The translations under genes were made by a program, and so were the position numbers. Positions 19,066 through 28,523 of a DNA stretch of 64,000 bases are shown here, piece by piece. Numbering within the stretch: position 1 is the stretch's first letter; each line of letters starts with the position of its first letter. The DNA comes from Acidobacteriota bacterium. Lineage in GTDB: Bacteria > Acidobacteriota > Vicinamibacteria > Vicinamibacterales > UBA2999. The DNA is taken from contig CANNDT010000004.1 in NCBI GenBank assembly GCA_947503365.1, forward strand, positions 14,375 through 78,374, given 5' to 3'. A model generated the notes under the pieces. That model worked only from the letters and a program-made list of their open reading frames with translations. It was not told the origin of the DNA and did no database searches.

Positions 19066-20289
19066 TTACGGTCTGACGACAACGCTTGCGCCGGCGGCCA
19101 AAGCCGGCGGCGGCGACAGCACCACACGTTCGCCGGCGTTCAAGCCAGCCAGTACTTCCAGTTGATCGCCATCCACGCCGCCGGTCCTGACCGCGCGGCG
19201 ATCGACCACGCCATTGGCGACCACAAACGCGTACGACTGGTCATTCACTGTCCGGATCGCCGCGCGCGGCACCAGCGTGACGGCCCTGGCGACGGCTCCG
19301 GCGCCGGCAGCCGATTCGCGCAGGAACGTCACCTTCACACCCATGTCCGGCAGAATCCGCGGATCGAGCGCATCGAAAGCGATGCGTACCAGGACGGTCG
19401 CCTTCTGGCGATCGGCGGTCGGTACCATCGTGATCACACGCGCCGGGATCTCCCAATCCGGGTAGGCGTCGAGCACGGCCTTCACCGGCTGACCCGGCGT
19501 CACCCGATTGATGTAGCTCTCGTTGACATCGACTTCGATCTCCAGCGACCGCATGTCGACGATGGTGCAGATGCCGGTGCGGGTGAAACCGCCGCCGGCC
19601 GACACTGGCGACACCATTTCACCGGGCTGGGCGTCTTTCGAGATCGCGACGCCGCTGAACGGTGCCCGGATGACCATGTCATCGAGGCTGGTGCGCTGAA
19701 ACTCTGCCTGCCGCTCGGCCACCAGAACCTGCTGACGTGCGGCGGCGATCCGCGCCTCGAAGGAATCGACCTGCGCCTGCCCCGCCTCGATCTCAGCCTG
19801 GGTCGACAGCCCGTCCTTGATCAGGCGACTGAGCCGGGCGAGCGTCACCCTGGCCTCGTCGAATCGCACTTCGTTCTCTCGAACCGCTCGCCTGGACGCT
19901 TCGGTCTGCGCCTCAGCCAGCGCCAGCGCCGCCCGTGGCGTCGCGTCATCCAGCCGCGCCAGGACCTGGCCCTGGGTCACGGCCATGCCCTCTTCGACGT
20001 TGATCTCGACAACCTTGCCGGTCACCTTCGACGACACGGTGGCCCGGCGGCGCGCAGCGACGTAGCCGGACGCGTTGAGCACCGAGGCCTGCGTGCCCGC
20101 CTCGCGGGCGGAGACGGTGGCCGTCTCCACCTCGAGGGGCTGGACGCGCGTCTGCCAGCGCCATACCCCAGCGGCCCCGGCGAGGAGCACGATCGCCAGC
20201 AGGAGCCAGACCGGCCAGCGGCTGCCGCCGCGCCGCTCAGGTTCGCGCTCGATGCGCAGGGCCGCGAGTTCATTCTTGAGATCGGACAT
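19066..20289 (-). CDS. efflux periplasmic adaptor subunit (HlyD/MacA family)
   Basis: 407 aa with an N-terminal anchor, lipoyl-like and coiled-coil segments (AQVDSFEARIAAARQQVLVAERQ). It heads the ABC operon. Confidence 0.85.
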   Translation of the reverse strand: MSDLKNELAALRIEREPERRGGSRWPVWLLLAIVLLAGAAGVWRWQTRVQPLEVETATVSAREAGTQASVLNASGYVAARRRATVSSKVTGKVVEINVEEGMAVTQGQVLARLDDATPRAALALAEAQTEASRRAVRENEVRFDEARVTLARLSRLIKDGLSTQAEIEAGQAQVDSFEARIAAARQQVLVAERQAEFQRTSLDDMVIRAPFSGVAISKDAQPGEMVSPVSAGGGFTRTGICTIVDMRSLEIEVDVNESYINRVTPGQPVKAVLDAYPDWEIPARVITMVPTADRQKATVLVRIAFDALDPRILPDMGVKVTFLRESAAGAGAVARAVTLVPRAAIRTVNDQSYAFVVANGVVDRRAVRTGGVDGDQLEVLAGLNAGERVVLSPPPALAAGASVVVRP

Positions 20290-20361
20290 GGTCGGCTGGA
20301 TCAGTATAGCCAGCGGGTTTGACGCAGACCGCGACGGCCTGTTCCCTCGTCAGGACCGGGG

Positions 20362-20937
20362 TCAGGCGCGGCCCGCGAACTCCCGCGTTTCGGTGTGGAC
20401 CTTCACCCGCTCGCCCTCTTTTATGAAGAGGGGGACTCGAATCTCCAGTCCGCTGTCGGTCGTGGCTGGCTTGGTGACGCCGCCGCTGGCGGTGTCGCCG
20501 CGCACGCCCGGCTCGGTGCTGGTGACGGTCATCTCGACAATCGCCGGGAACTGCAGGCCGATCGGCGCGCCGTTGTACTTCTGCACCTGCAGAATCAGGT
20601 TGTCGACGAGCAGTTTCGCATCCTCGCCGAGGACGTCGCCGCGCAGCGTCAACGTCTCGAAGTTCTCCTGATCCATGAAGTGATACCCGTCGCTATCCGA
20701 GTAGAGATAGGCGGCGCTGATCATCTCGAGATCCGGCTCGTTGAATTTCTCCCCGGCCTTGAATGTCTTGTCGAAGACCGCCCGGGTCAGCAGGTTCCGC
20801 ATCTTCAGCCGGACGAGCGTCTGCCCGCCTCGAGCTGTCGGCTTGGAGATCTCGACGTCCAGGCAGTGGTAAGGCGCGCCCTCGAACTCGAAGTACATCT
20901 TCCGCTTGATCTCAATCGCTTCCAGCATTCCGGCCAT
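20362..20937 (-). CDS. efpL: elongation factor P paralogue, YeiP/EfpL-like
   Basis: 191 aa with EF-P architecture. The loop reads SKPTARGGQTLVRLKMRNL instead of the canonical KPGKG. The C-terminus REFAGRA resembles YeiP RYMGRAD (from my recollection of E. coli YeiP). Confidence 0.75.
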   Translation of the reverse strand: MAGMLEAIEIKRKMYFEFEGAPYHCLDVEISKPTARGGQTLVRLKMRNLLTRAVFDKTFKAGEKFNEPDLEMISAAYLYSDSDGYHFMDQENFETLTLRGDVLGEDAKLLVDNLILQVQKYNGAPIGLQFPAIVEMTVTSTEPGVRGDTASGGVTKPATTDSGLEIRVPLFIKEGERVKVHTETREFAGRA

Positions 20938-20978
20938 AGCTGTCCATTCTATGGCTGGAGCGTGTTCCGGAGGGTGCT

Positions 20979-21365
20979 TTAGCGCGCGTCTGGGGCGACG
21001 GGCCGGGCCTGCGCCGGCAGGGTCGGGGTCGTCTGTACGCCGGCGCCGGCCGTCCCGCGCGGTGATGCGTACCAGCCGCGCGACAGGTAGTCGGTCATCG
21101 TCAGCAGCAGCAGAATGGCGAGGAAGAAGAACGCCATCCCGACCACCATTTTCGTCAGGCGGCTGCTGTACTTCACGTGCATGAAGAACAGGATGACGAG
21201 CGTCGCCTTGGTGATCGCGATCGCCAGGGCGACCGGGAAATTCATCAAGCCGAGATCGATGAACGCGACGCCGATGGTGACGCCGGTAAGCACCATCAGC
21301 GCGCCGAAGATCGCGTAGTACATGCTCTTCGGAGAAACGTGTCCGCCGGCTGCGTGTTCTGACAT
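20979..21365 (-). CDS. ctaF: cytochrome c oxidase subunit IV (caa3-type small subunit)
   Basis: 128 aa with 3 TM helices (YYAIFGALMVLTGVTIGVAF, ATLVILFFMHVKY). Last gene of the oxidase string. Confidence 0.75.
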   Translation of the reverse strand: MSEHAAGGHVSPKSMYYAIFGALMVLTGVTIGVAFIDLGLMNFPVALAIAITKATLVILFFMHVKYSSRLTKMVVGMAFFFLAILLLLTMTDYLSRGWYASPRGTAGAGVQTTPTLPAQARPVAPDAR

Positions 21366-21368
21366 GGC

Positions 21369-22055
21369 CTATACGACCCGGTGAACCCGATCCACGAGGT
21401 ACAGGAGCGGGAACAGAAAAATCCAGACGATGTCGACGAAATGCCAGTAGAGGCCTGACATTTCAACCGGCGTATACCACTGGGGCGAGAAGCGCCCCTT
21501 CCACGCCATCCAGGTGATCACACTCATCAAGACGAAGCCGATGAGCATGTGGAGCGCGTGGAGCCCGGTCATCGCGAAGTACAGGGAGATGAAGATCTCG
21601 ACCTGCGCGGCATGCGGCCCCTCGAAGTGGAAGTTCGCGCCGGGGATGTGGCCGAGGTCGTACTTGTGCTTGTACTCGAAGAACTTGATGACGAGGAACG
21701 TGAGCCCGAGGAGCATCGTCAGGATCAGCCAGGTGACCGTCGACTTGCGGCCGCCGGTCTGCGCCGACCGCACGGCAAAGGCCATCGTCAGCGAGCTGCC
21801 GATCAGCACCGCCGTGTTGATGCCGCCGAGCATGATGTCGAGCTCGGTGCTGCCCTCTGACCACGCCTCCGGGTACCACACCCGATAGAGCAGGTAGGCC
21901 ATGAACAGGCCGCCGAAGAACATGACCTCGGTGACGAGGAACAGCCACATCCCGAGGGTCGAGGCCTCGAGCTGCTGCTCCATCGTCTCGAAGTGATGGG
22001 CATGCGCCGGATGATGAGCGTGCGCGTCGGCGTGCGCGGCTAGAGCCTCAGGCAA
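21369..22055 (-). CDS. ctaE: cytochrome c oxidase subunit III
   Basis: 228 aa of heme-copper oxidase subunit III type ([34 protein letters not shown]). Confidence 0.9.
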   Translation of the reverse strand: MPEALAAHADAHAHHPAHAHHFETMEQQLEASTLGMWLFLVTEVMFFGGLFMAYLLYRVWYPEAWSEGSTELDIMLGGINTAVLIGSSLTMAFAVRSAQTGGRKSTVTWLILTMLLGLTFLVIKFFEYKHKYDLGHIPGANFHFEGPHAAQVEIFISLYFAMTGLHALHMLIGFVLMSVITWMAWKGRFSPQWYTPVEMSGLYWHFVDIVWIFLFPLLYLVDRVHRVV

Positions 22056-23664
22056 CTTTCATCTCCCGCTTCGAATACTCGTAGGCGCCCTCGGTCACCA
22101 CCGGCGTCACCGCGAAGTTCTCGGGGATCGGCGGTGACTGCGTCGTCCACTCGAGGCCGGTCGCCAGCCACGGGTTCGCGCCCGCCTTCTCGCCCTTGAA
22201 GAACGACCAGGCCAGATACCCGAGGCAGAGCATGTAGCCGGCGCCGAGCACCGTGGCTCCGGCCGACGACAGCACGTTCAGCACCTGAAACTCCGGCGGA
22301 TACATGTGATACCGGCGCGGCATCCCGAGGTAGCCGAGAATGAACTGGGGAAAGAACGTCAGGTTGAAACCGACGAAGACGAGCAGCGCCGACAGCGACG
22401 ACAGCGTGTCGTTGTACATGCGGCCGGTCATCTTCGGCCACCAGTAGTGGAGGCCAGCGAAGTAGCCCATGATCGCGCCGCCGACCATGATGTAGTGGAA
22501 GTGCGCGACGACGAAATAGGTGTCGTGGATGTGCACGTCGAGGCCGAGCGAAGCGGTGAAAAGACCGGTGAGGCCGCCGACCAGGAAGAGGCCGAGGAAG
22601 CCGAACACCCACATCATTGGCGACTTCCACCAGATGGCGCCACGATACAGCGTCGCCGTCCAGTTGAAGACCTTGACAGCGGACGGAATGGCGACCGCGT
22701 AGGTCAGGAACGAGAACACCATCGCGGAATACGGCGAGATGCCGGCCACGAACAGGTGGTGTGCCCACACCAGGAAACCGAACACGGCGATCGCCAGGCT
22801 CGAGAACGCCACGAACGAATAGCCGAAGACGGTCTTGCGCGAGAAGCAGGCGATGACCTCGCTGATGGCGCCCATCGGCGGCAGGATCATGATGTAGACG
22901 GCCGGGTGCGAGTAGAACCAGAAGAGGTGCTGGAAGAGCACCGGATCTCCGCCGAGCGCCGGGTTGAAGATGCCGAGGCCGGCGACCCGCTCGAGGAAGA
23001 GCATCAGGACGGTGATCGCAATCACCGGCGTGCCAAGGATCTGCACGAGGCTCGTCGCGTAGACCGCCCAGACGAACAGCGGCAGGCGGAACCAGGTGAG
23101 CCCCGGCGCGCGCATCCGGTGAATCGTCACCATGAAGTTGAGTCCGGTCAGGATCGACGAGAAGCCGGTGATGAAGACGCCGAGCCCGGTCAGCGCGACG
23201 TGCGAGGGCGAGCCAGACGTGCTGTAGGGCGGATAGAACGTCCAGCCGGTGTCTACCCCGCCCTGAATCAGCGCGGTCAGGGTGAACGCCAGCCCGATCA
23301 CGAATACATACCAGCTGATCAGGTTGATCGTCGGGAACGCCACGTCCTTGGCGCCGAGCTGCAGCGGCAGCACGAAGTTGCCGAGAATGGCCGGTACCGC
23401 CGGGATCAGCACGAAGAACACCATCATGATCCCGTGCATCGTGAACATGCGGTTGTAGGTGTCGGCCGACACGAGGTCCCCGCCCGGGGTCGCCAGCTCA
23501 ATGCGAATGCCGGCGGCGAAGAGCGCACCAATCAGGAACGCGATGGTGACGACGACCATGTACATCAGACCGATGCGCTTGTGGTCCTTCGTCAGCAGCC
23601 ACGACGCGACGGTCGTCCTGACGTTCAGGTAGTTGACCGGTGATTCTGCAACCGTTGTCGTCAT
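22048..23664 (-). CDS. ctaD: cytochrome c oxidase subunit I
   Basis: 538 aa with [25 protein letters not shown] and HFHYIMVGG heme/CuB ligand regions. Confidence 0.95.
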   Translation of the reverse strand: MTTTVAESPVNYLNVRTTVASWLLTKDHKRIGLMYMVVVTIAFLIGALFAAGIRIELATPGGDLVSADTYNRMFTMHGIMMVFFVLIPAVPAILGNFVLPLQLGAKDVAFPTINLISWYVFVIGLAFTLTALIQGGVDTGWTFYPPYSTSGSPSHVALTGLGVFITGFSSILTGLNFMVTIHRMRAPGLTWFRLPLFVWAVYATSLVQILGTPVIAITVLMLFLERVAGLGIFNPALGGDPVLFQHLFWFYSHPAVYIMILPPMGAISEVIACFSRKTVFGYSFVAFSSLAIAVFGFLVWAHHLFVAGISPYSAMVFSFLTYAVAIPSAVKVFNWTATLYRGAIWWKSPMMWVFGFLGLFLVGGLTGLFTASLGLDVHIHDTYFVVAHFHYIMVGGAIMGYFAGLHYWWPKMTGRMYNDTLSSLSALLVFVGFNLTFFPQFILGYLGMPRRYHMYPPEFQVLNVLSSAGATVLGAGYMLCLGYLAWSFFKGEKAGANPWLATGLEWTTQSPPIPENFAVTPVVTEGAYEYSKREMKVA

Positions 23665-23673
23665 GTCTGGTGC

Positions 23674-24678
23674 CTACCTTCGCTCGCCCTGGGATTGTGC
23701 GGGTGGTGTCGCGGCCGGTGCCGCGTTCGTCTGCGTCGTCTCGCCGCCGGAGAGCGACTTGATGTGCTCGATGAGGCTCATCACGCCGTCTTCGTTCACC
23801 AGCCCCTGGAACGTCGGCATGAGCGGCTGATAGCCCTCGACGAGCTTCGTCTGCGGCGTCAGGATCGACTCGCGGATGTAGGTCTCGTCGGCGATCACCT
23901 TCTGGCCGTTGGCCAGCGTGACCTGCGAGCCGAAGACGCCCTGGAGCGAAGGCCCACGGCCGGTGCCGTCGCTGACGTGACACGTGGTACACGCCAGGTC
24001 CTGGAACAGCTGCTGGCCGCGCGCCTGCATCGAGCCGCCGGCCGTCGTGCCACCACCCGACAGCCACGCCTGGTAGTCGTCCTGCTCCATCACGTAGACG
24101 GTGCCGATCATCCCGGAGTGGCTCGTGCCGCAGTACTCGGCGCAGAACAGGCGGTACTCGCCCGTCTTGGTCGCCTCGAACCAGATCGAGCTGTAGCGGC
24201 CCGGGATCGCGTCGGCTTTGACGCGGAACGCCGGAATGTACAGGTCGTGCAGCACGTCCTCGGAGGTGAAGGTCACTTTCACCGCGCGGCCGACGGGCAC
24301 GTGGAGCGTGTTGATCTCACGCTGGCCGTCGGCGTGCTGGAAACGCCACATCCACCGCTTGCCGGTCGAGTAGATCTCGAGTGTCTCAGCCGGCGGCCGG
24401 ATGATCTGAAAGAAGACGACCGTCGACCAGACGAAGATCGCGATCGCCACAAAGAACGGAATGAGCGACCACCCGATCTCAAGCGGGACCGATCCGGTAA
24501 TCGGGGCGCCGACCTTCAGGCCGGTGGGATCGCGGTACTTGATCGCGAAGTAGCCCACGAGCACGACCACGAGCAGCGCAAAGAACGCCGTGACCGCCAG
24601 GATGAAGAAGTACAGGGCGTCGACCTTCGGCGCGAGGGTCGAGGCCTGGACCGGAAACAGCGGGATGCCGGACAACAT
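23674..24678 (-). CDS. ctaC: cytochrome c oxidase subunit II with fused C-terminal cytochrome c (caa3 type)
   Basis: CuA motif CAEYCGTSHSGM; C-terminal heme c site CTTCH. Confidence 0.9.
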   Translation of the reverse strand: MLSGIPLFPVQASTLAPKVDALYFFILAVTAFFALLVVVLVGYFAIKYRDPTGLKVGAPITGSVPLEIGWSLIPFFVAIAIFVWSTVVFFQIIRPPAETLEIYSTGKRWMWRFQHADGQREINTLHVPVGRAVKVTFTSEDVLHDLYIPAFRVKADAIPGRYSSIWFEATKTGEYRLFCAEYCGTSHSGMIGTVYVMEQDDYQAWLSGGGTTAGGSMQARGQQLFQDLACTTCHVSDGTGRGPSLQGVFGSQVTLANGQKVIADETYIRESILTPQTKLVEGYQPLMPTFQGLVNEDGVMSLIEHIKSLSGGETTQTNAAPAATPPAQSQGERR

Positions 24679-24682
24679 AGTT

Positions 24683-25558
24683 TTAGAGGCGCCCCTCCGC
24701 GGGCAGGCGCGGTTCCTGGCGCCGCGTCAGCAGCATGACGCCGAGGATGAATGCCACCGTCAGCACGCCGCCGGCGCGGATCAGGTTCTTGATCACGACG
24801 CCGTAGCGGCCGCTCAGAGGGTCGTACTGAAAACAGAACAGGAGCAGCTCGTCGACCGGGGAGCCGATGTGCCCCTGGCTTGATTCGACCAGCGCCATGC
24901 GCAGCTCGCGTGGCGAATACTCGATTCCGTAGAAATAGCGCGACAGCAGTCCTTCGGGGGTCACCACGAGCAGGCCGCTGACGTGGGCGAACTGCTCCGT
25001 CTGCTCGTCCCACTTGTAAGTGAAGCCCGCCGCCGAGGCGACGCGCCGGACCGTCGCTTCATCTCCGGTCAGCAGGTGCCAGCCGGCCGCGGTGTCCTGC
25101 TCCGTCCAGTATTCCAGGTGCGTGCGCTCCTTCTCGAGCGCCGCGGCGGGCGTGTCGCGCGGGTCGAAGCTGACGAGCACGACGTCGAAGTCCTTGCCGG
25201 CCTCGAACGACAAGGCGCGCAACGAGGCCGACAGCCCATTCATCACCTGGATGCAGAGCATTGGGCACTGGAAATAGACAAAGGCCAGGATCACCGGCTT
25301 GTTGCCGCCGAAATACTTGCCGAGCGGAACTGAGGCGCCGTGCTCATCCTTAAGCACCGCATCGAGCGGCAGCGGCTGGCCGAGACGCTGCGCGAAGGTC
25401 ATCTCCTTCAGCGATGCGGGGCGCGTCTCCGCCGTCATCGCCGGCGTCTCGGAGAAGCCCTTGAGGAAGTTCGGGCTCTGGGCTGACGCCCCGGCAATGC
25501 AAAATGCAAAATTCAAGATGCAAAATGCCGCGCCGATGACACGGGCGTGCGCGCTCAC
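24683..25558 (-). CDS. SCO1/SenC family copper chaperone
   Basis: Thioredoxin-fold protein with CPMLC (CxxxC) in FVYFQCPMLC. Positioned between the ACIII and oxidase genes. Confidence 0.85.
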   Translation of the reverse strand: MSAHARVIGAAFCILNFAFCIAGASAQSPNFLKGFSETPAMTAETRPASLKEMTFAQRLGQPLPLDAVLKDEHGASVPLGKYFGGNKPVILAFVYFQCPMLCIQVMNGLSASLRALSFEAGKDFDVVLVSFDPRDTPAAALEKERTHLEYWTEQDTAAGWHLLTGDEATVRRVASAAGFTYKWDEQTEQFAHVSGLLVVTPEGLLSRYFYGIEYSPRELRMALVESSQGHIGSPVDELLLFCFQYDPLSGRYGVVIKNLIRAGGVLTVAFILGVMLLTRRQEPRLPAEGRL

Positions 25559-26082
25559 TGTCTCCGCCGTTCCATGACGCGTCCGGCGCTCGAGTCTGAG
25601 GCGAAGGTTCCCGGCGTCTCCGCAGGCTGTGCCGGATCCGCGACGCGCGACGGCAGTCCCTGGGCGAGGACCTTGCGCATCGCGTCCTCGATCGGAATGT
25701 ACACGCCGCCCGTGTTCCTGTCGACCCAGCCGTAGCCGTGGAGCGTGGCCTCTTCCTGCACGCGGAACTCGTAGATCTCGTTCTCCGGGAACTGCTGGAG
25801 CCTGGGCGCCGCCGGGAGCGAGGGCTCACGGCTGACGGCCAGCGGATAGCGGGGCTCCGAGCGCTCCATTGCCTGGTCGATCATCAGGTTGTAGGCGAGC
25901 CCCAGGCCGATATGGATCACCACGGCCGACACGACCAGCCAGAAGCCAAACTTGGCGATCGTCCAGACGCTGGCGTCGGTGTGCTCGTACCCGGCGCCTG
26001 CAGGCGTCTCAAAGTACTGGGCGTCGGCACCAGTGAAGTCAGCCGGGTCGGGCGGCTCGGAGGCGAAATCGTGATGCGCCAT
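25555..26082 (-). CDS. single-TM membrane protein in the ActG position (ActG-like, hypothetical)
   Basis: ATG 26082 shares one nt with the actF stop (TGATG). One TM helix (FGFWLVVSAVVIHIGLGLAY) precedes a soluble tail. The rest of ORF 25555..26541 overlaps actF and was discarded. Confidence 0.5.
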   Translation of the reverse strand: MAHHDFASEPPDPADFTGADAQYFETPAGAGYEHTDASVWTIAKFGFWLVVSAVVIHIGLGLAYNLMIDQAMERSEPRYPLAVSREPSLPAAPRLQQFPENEIYEFRVQEEATLHGYGWVDRNTGGVYIPIEDAMRKVLAQGLPSRVADPAQPAETPGTFASDSSAGRVMERRRQ

Positions 26083-27311
26083 CAGTGACCCCCCGTGGTC
26101 TCGAGCGACTCCCGCAGATACGGGTCGCCGATCGCAAAGAGCGGGCGCTGCTTCAGCTGGGTGCAGAACATCCAGACCCAGAGCCCGCCAATGGCGAGCG
26201 GCGCCGCCAGGTCGAGCCAGTGCACGAAGAAGTGGCTCGCGTGCTCGCCGGCCTCGAGATGCAGGTTCGCCCCGGTCGACGCGAACTCGGGGGTGATCAT
26301 CATGAACAGATCGGCGAACCGCATGAACAGCAGCCACAGCGCCACGAGGACCAGCCGGTGCGGCATGCGCTTCCGATCGCGCGACAGGAGCAGGAGCCAC
26401 GGCACGACGAAATGGAACATCACCAGAAAGAGCGCCAGGTACTGCCACCCGTTCGTCGTGCGGGTGATCATGTACGGCACTTCTTCGACCAGGTTCGCCG
26501 CGTAGGTGAGCAGGTACTGCGAGAAGTTGAAGTAGGCCCACAGCATGACGAAGGCGAACGTCAGCTTGCCGAGGTCATGGAAGTGGTTCGGCTTGAGGAA
26601 GCCGGCCATTGGCGCCTTGCCGACCAGGAAATGGGCAACGACGATGGTGAAGGCCAGCGCCGACAGCCCTTGCCCGCCGAGCAGCAGGAAGCCGAACAGC
26701 GTCGAGTACCAGTGCGGGTTGAGCGCCATGATCCAGTCGATGCCGGCGAAGGTAATCGTCAGCCCGTAGAACACCAGGCCGAAGCCGGAGAGGCGCTGGA
26801 TCGAGGTATTGACGGCCACATCGCCGGTGTCCTGGAGCCTGGACCAGCGGCTAAGCAGCACCGACAGCGTAATCCAGCCGCCGAAGTAGAACACCGCACG
26901 CGCGATCCAGAACGGGGCGTTCAGGTACGGCGCCCGGTGATTCAGGATGTGATCGCTGGCGACGAGGTCTGGATGGGCCCACGGATAGAGCGTGCCGATC
27001 CCGAACAGGATCGGCAGGAACAGCAGCGCCAGCAGCGGCAGCGTTCGGCTCGACGCCTCGAAGATCCGGCGGAAGATGCCCCAGGCGCCGCCCGACAGGT
27101 GCTGCACCATCAGCAGCGCCAGCGAGCCGAGTGCGATCCCGAGAAACAGCATGTAGGCGACCAGCCAGGCGCGGAAGAAATGGTCGCGATCGAGCAGGAA
27201 TCCGGCGGCGCAGGCGACGAGGCCGACGACGCCGACGACGAGCGCGCGCGAGCGCGGCACGTCGATTTCCGCGGGAGCGGTGTAGGTAGTCTCGACGCTG
27301 TTCACGGTCAC
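26082..27311 (-). CDS. actF: alternative complex III subunit ActF (NrfD/PsrC-like membrane subunit)
   Basis: 409-aa polytopic protein, the second NrfD-like protein of the cluster. Confidence 0.8.
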   Translation of the reverse strand: MTVNSVETTYTAPAEIDVPRSRALVVGVVGLVACAAGFLLDRDHFFRAWLVAYMLFLGIALGSLALLMVQHLSGGAWGIFRRIFEASSRTLPLLALLFLPILFGIGTLYPWAHPDLVASDHILNHRAPYLNAPFWIARAVFYFGGWITLSVLLSRWSRLQDTGDVAVNTSIQRLSGFGLVFYGLTITFAGIDWIMALNPHWYSTLFGFLLLGGQGLSALAFTIVVAHFLVGKAPMAGFLKPNHFHDLGKLTFAFVMLWAYFNFSQYLLTYAANLVEEVPYMITRTTNGWQYLALFLVMFHFVVPWLLLLSRDRKRMPHRLVLVALWLLFMRFADLFMMITPEFASTGANLHLEAGEHASHFFVHWLDLAAPLAIGGLWVWMFCTQLKQRPLFAIGDPYLRESLETTGGH

Positions 27312-27982
27312 GGGGCCTCCTGCGCCGGCGCGGTCGTGGCGGCGCCCGCCTCGCCCGGTTCCGCACCCTGCACACGATCGAGGTCGGCGCGGCGCTCTGC
27401 CGGCACGTCAGCAACCGTGGCGGCGCGGCTGGCCTGCACCGCCCGGATGTAGGCGGCAATCGCCCAGCGATCCGCAACCGGCACCTGCGCCGCGTAGTCC
27501 TGCATCGCGCCGAACCCGTGCGTCATCACGTCGAAGAAGTAACCGACCGGCGCATTCCGCAGCCGCTCCTCGTGAAACGACGGCGGCTGCCGGAACCCGC
27601 GCTGGACGATCATGCCGTTGCCGGTGCCGGTGCGGCCGTGGCACGGCGCGCAGAACACGTTGAAGCGCTCCTGGCCGCGGGCCATGACGGCGGCGGTCAC
27701 CGGCATCGGAAAGACCTCGGCCGGACGCCCATCGACGACACCTTCGTACAGGTGCCGATCCGAATTGAGCTGACCGCGGGCAACGGTGTTCGGCACCGGC
27801 TGGCGCGACGCCGCGCCGTTACTGAAAAAGGTCGACGCCTCGAGCGCGTCGTAGCGTGGCGCGTCGTGCATGTCCTGACGGCATGCGGCAACCACCAGAG
27901 CGGAGCACGCGACGACGACGAGCGCCGCGAAGCGCCTGCGCGCCGACTGCCCACTGCCCACTGCCGACTCTTTACGGCGCAA
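27308..27982 (-). CDS. actE: alternative complex III subunit ActE (monoheme cytochrome c, lipoprotein-like)
   Basis: Heme site CAPCHG; lipobox-like LVVAAC near the N-terminus. Confidence 0.8.
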   Translation of the reverse strand: MRRKESAVGSGQSARRRFAALVVVACSALVVAACRQDMHDAPRYDALEASTFFSNGAASRQPVPNTVARGQLNSDRHLYEGVVDGRPAEVFPMPVTAAVMARGQERFNVFCAPCHGRTGTGNGMIVQRGFRQPPSFHEERLRNAPVGYFFDVMTHGFGAMQDYAAQVPVADRWAIAAYIRAVQASRAATVADVPAERRADLDRVQGAEPGEAGAATTAPAQEAP

Positions 27983-28520
27983 CTTCAGTCACTCCCAGCG
28001 GATGAAGACCCATGAGGAACGTCTCGGTCGCCTCGCGATCGAAGCGCGGATCCGCCGCCTCGATGCAGAGGAAGAAGCGATCGGTCGAGGCACGGGCGAA
28101 CGCCGGCACGTTGAAGACCGGGTGGTACGGCTGGGGCAACTTGTTGAGCGCCCACATGCCGAAGAAACAGGACAACGCCGCACCGAGCACGGTCAGCTCG
28201 AACGTGACCGGGATGAACTGTGGCCAGCTGTGCATCGGGCGGCCGCCGATGTTCAACGGATACGCTATCGTCGATGCCCAGTACTGGAGGCCGTAGCCGG
28301 CCGAACCACCGAGGATGCCGCCGAGCAGCACCAGCTTCGGCAGCCGCGTTTTCTCAAGGCCGAGCGCCTCGCTCAACTCCTCGATCGGAATCGGCGAATA
28401 CGCGTCCATCTTGCGGTAGCCGGCCAGGCGCGCCTGCTCGGTCGCCGCGACGAGCGCCGTCGGGTTGTCGAACTCGGCCATCAGGCCGTGCAGCACCGGT
28501 GTGGGTTCGCTATGCGACAT
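27972..28520 (-). CDS. actD: alternative complex III subunit ActD (DUF3341)
   Basis: LHGLMAEFDNPTALVAATEQARLAGYRKMDAYSPIPIEEL followed by two TM helices. Confidence 0.85.
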   Translation of the reverse strand: MSHSEPTPVLHGLMAEFDNPTALVAATEQARLAGYRKMDAYSPIPIEELSEALGLEKTRLPKLVLLGGILGGSAGYGLQYWASTIAYPLNIGGRPMHSWPQFIPVTFELTVLGAALSCFFGMWALNKLPQPYHPVFNVPAFARASTDRFFLCIEAADPRFDREATETFLMGLHPLGVTEVAP

Positions 28521-28523
28521 GCA

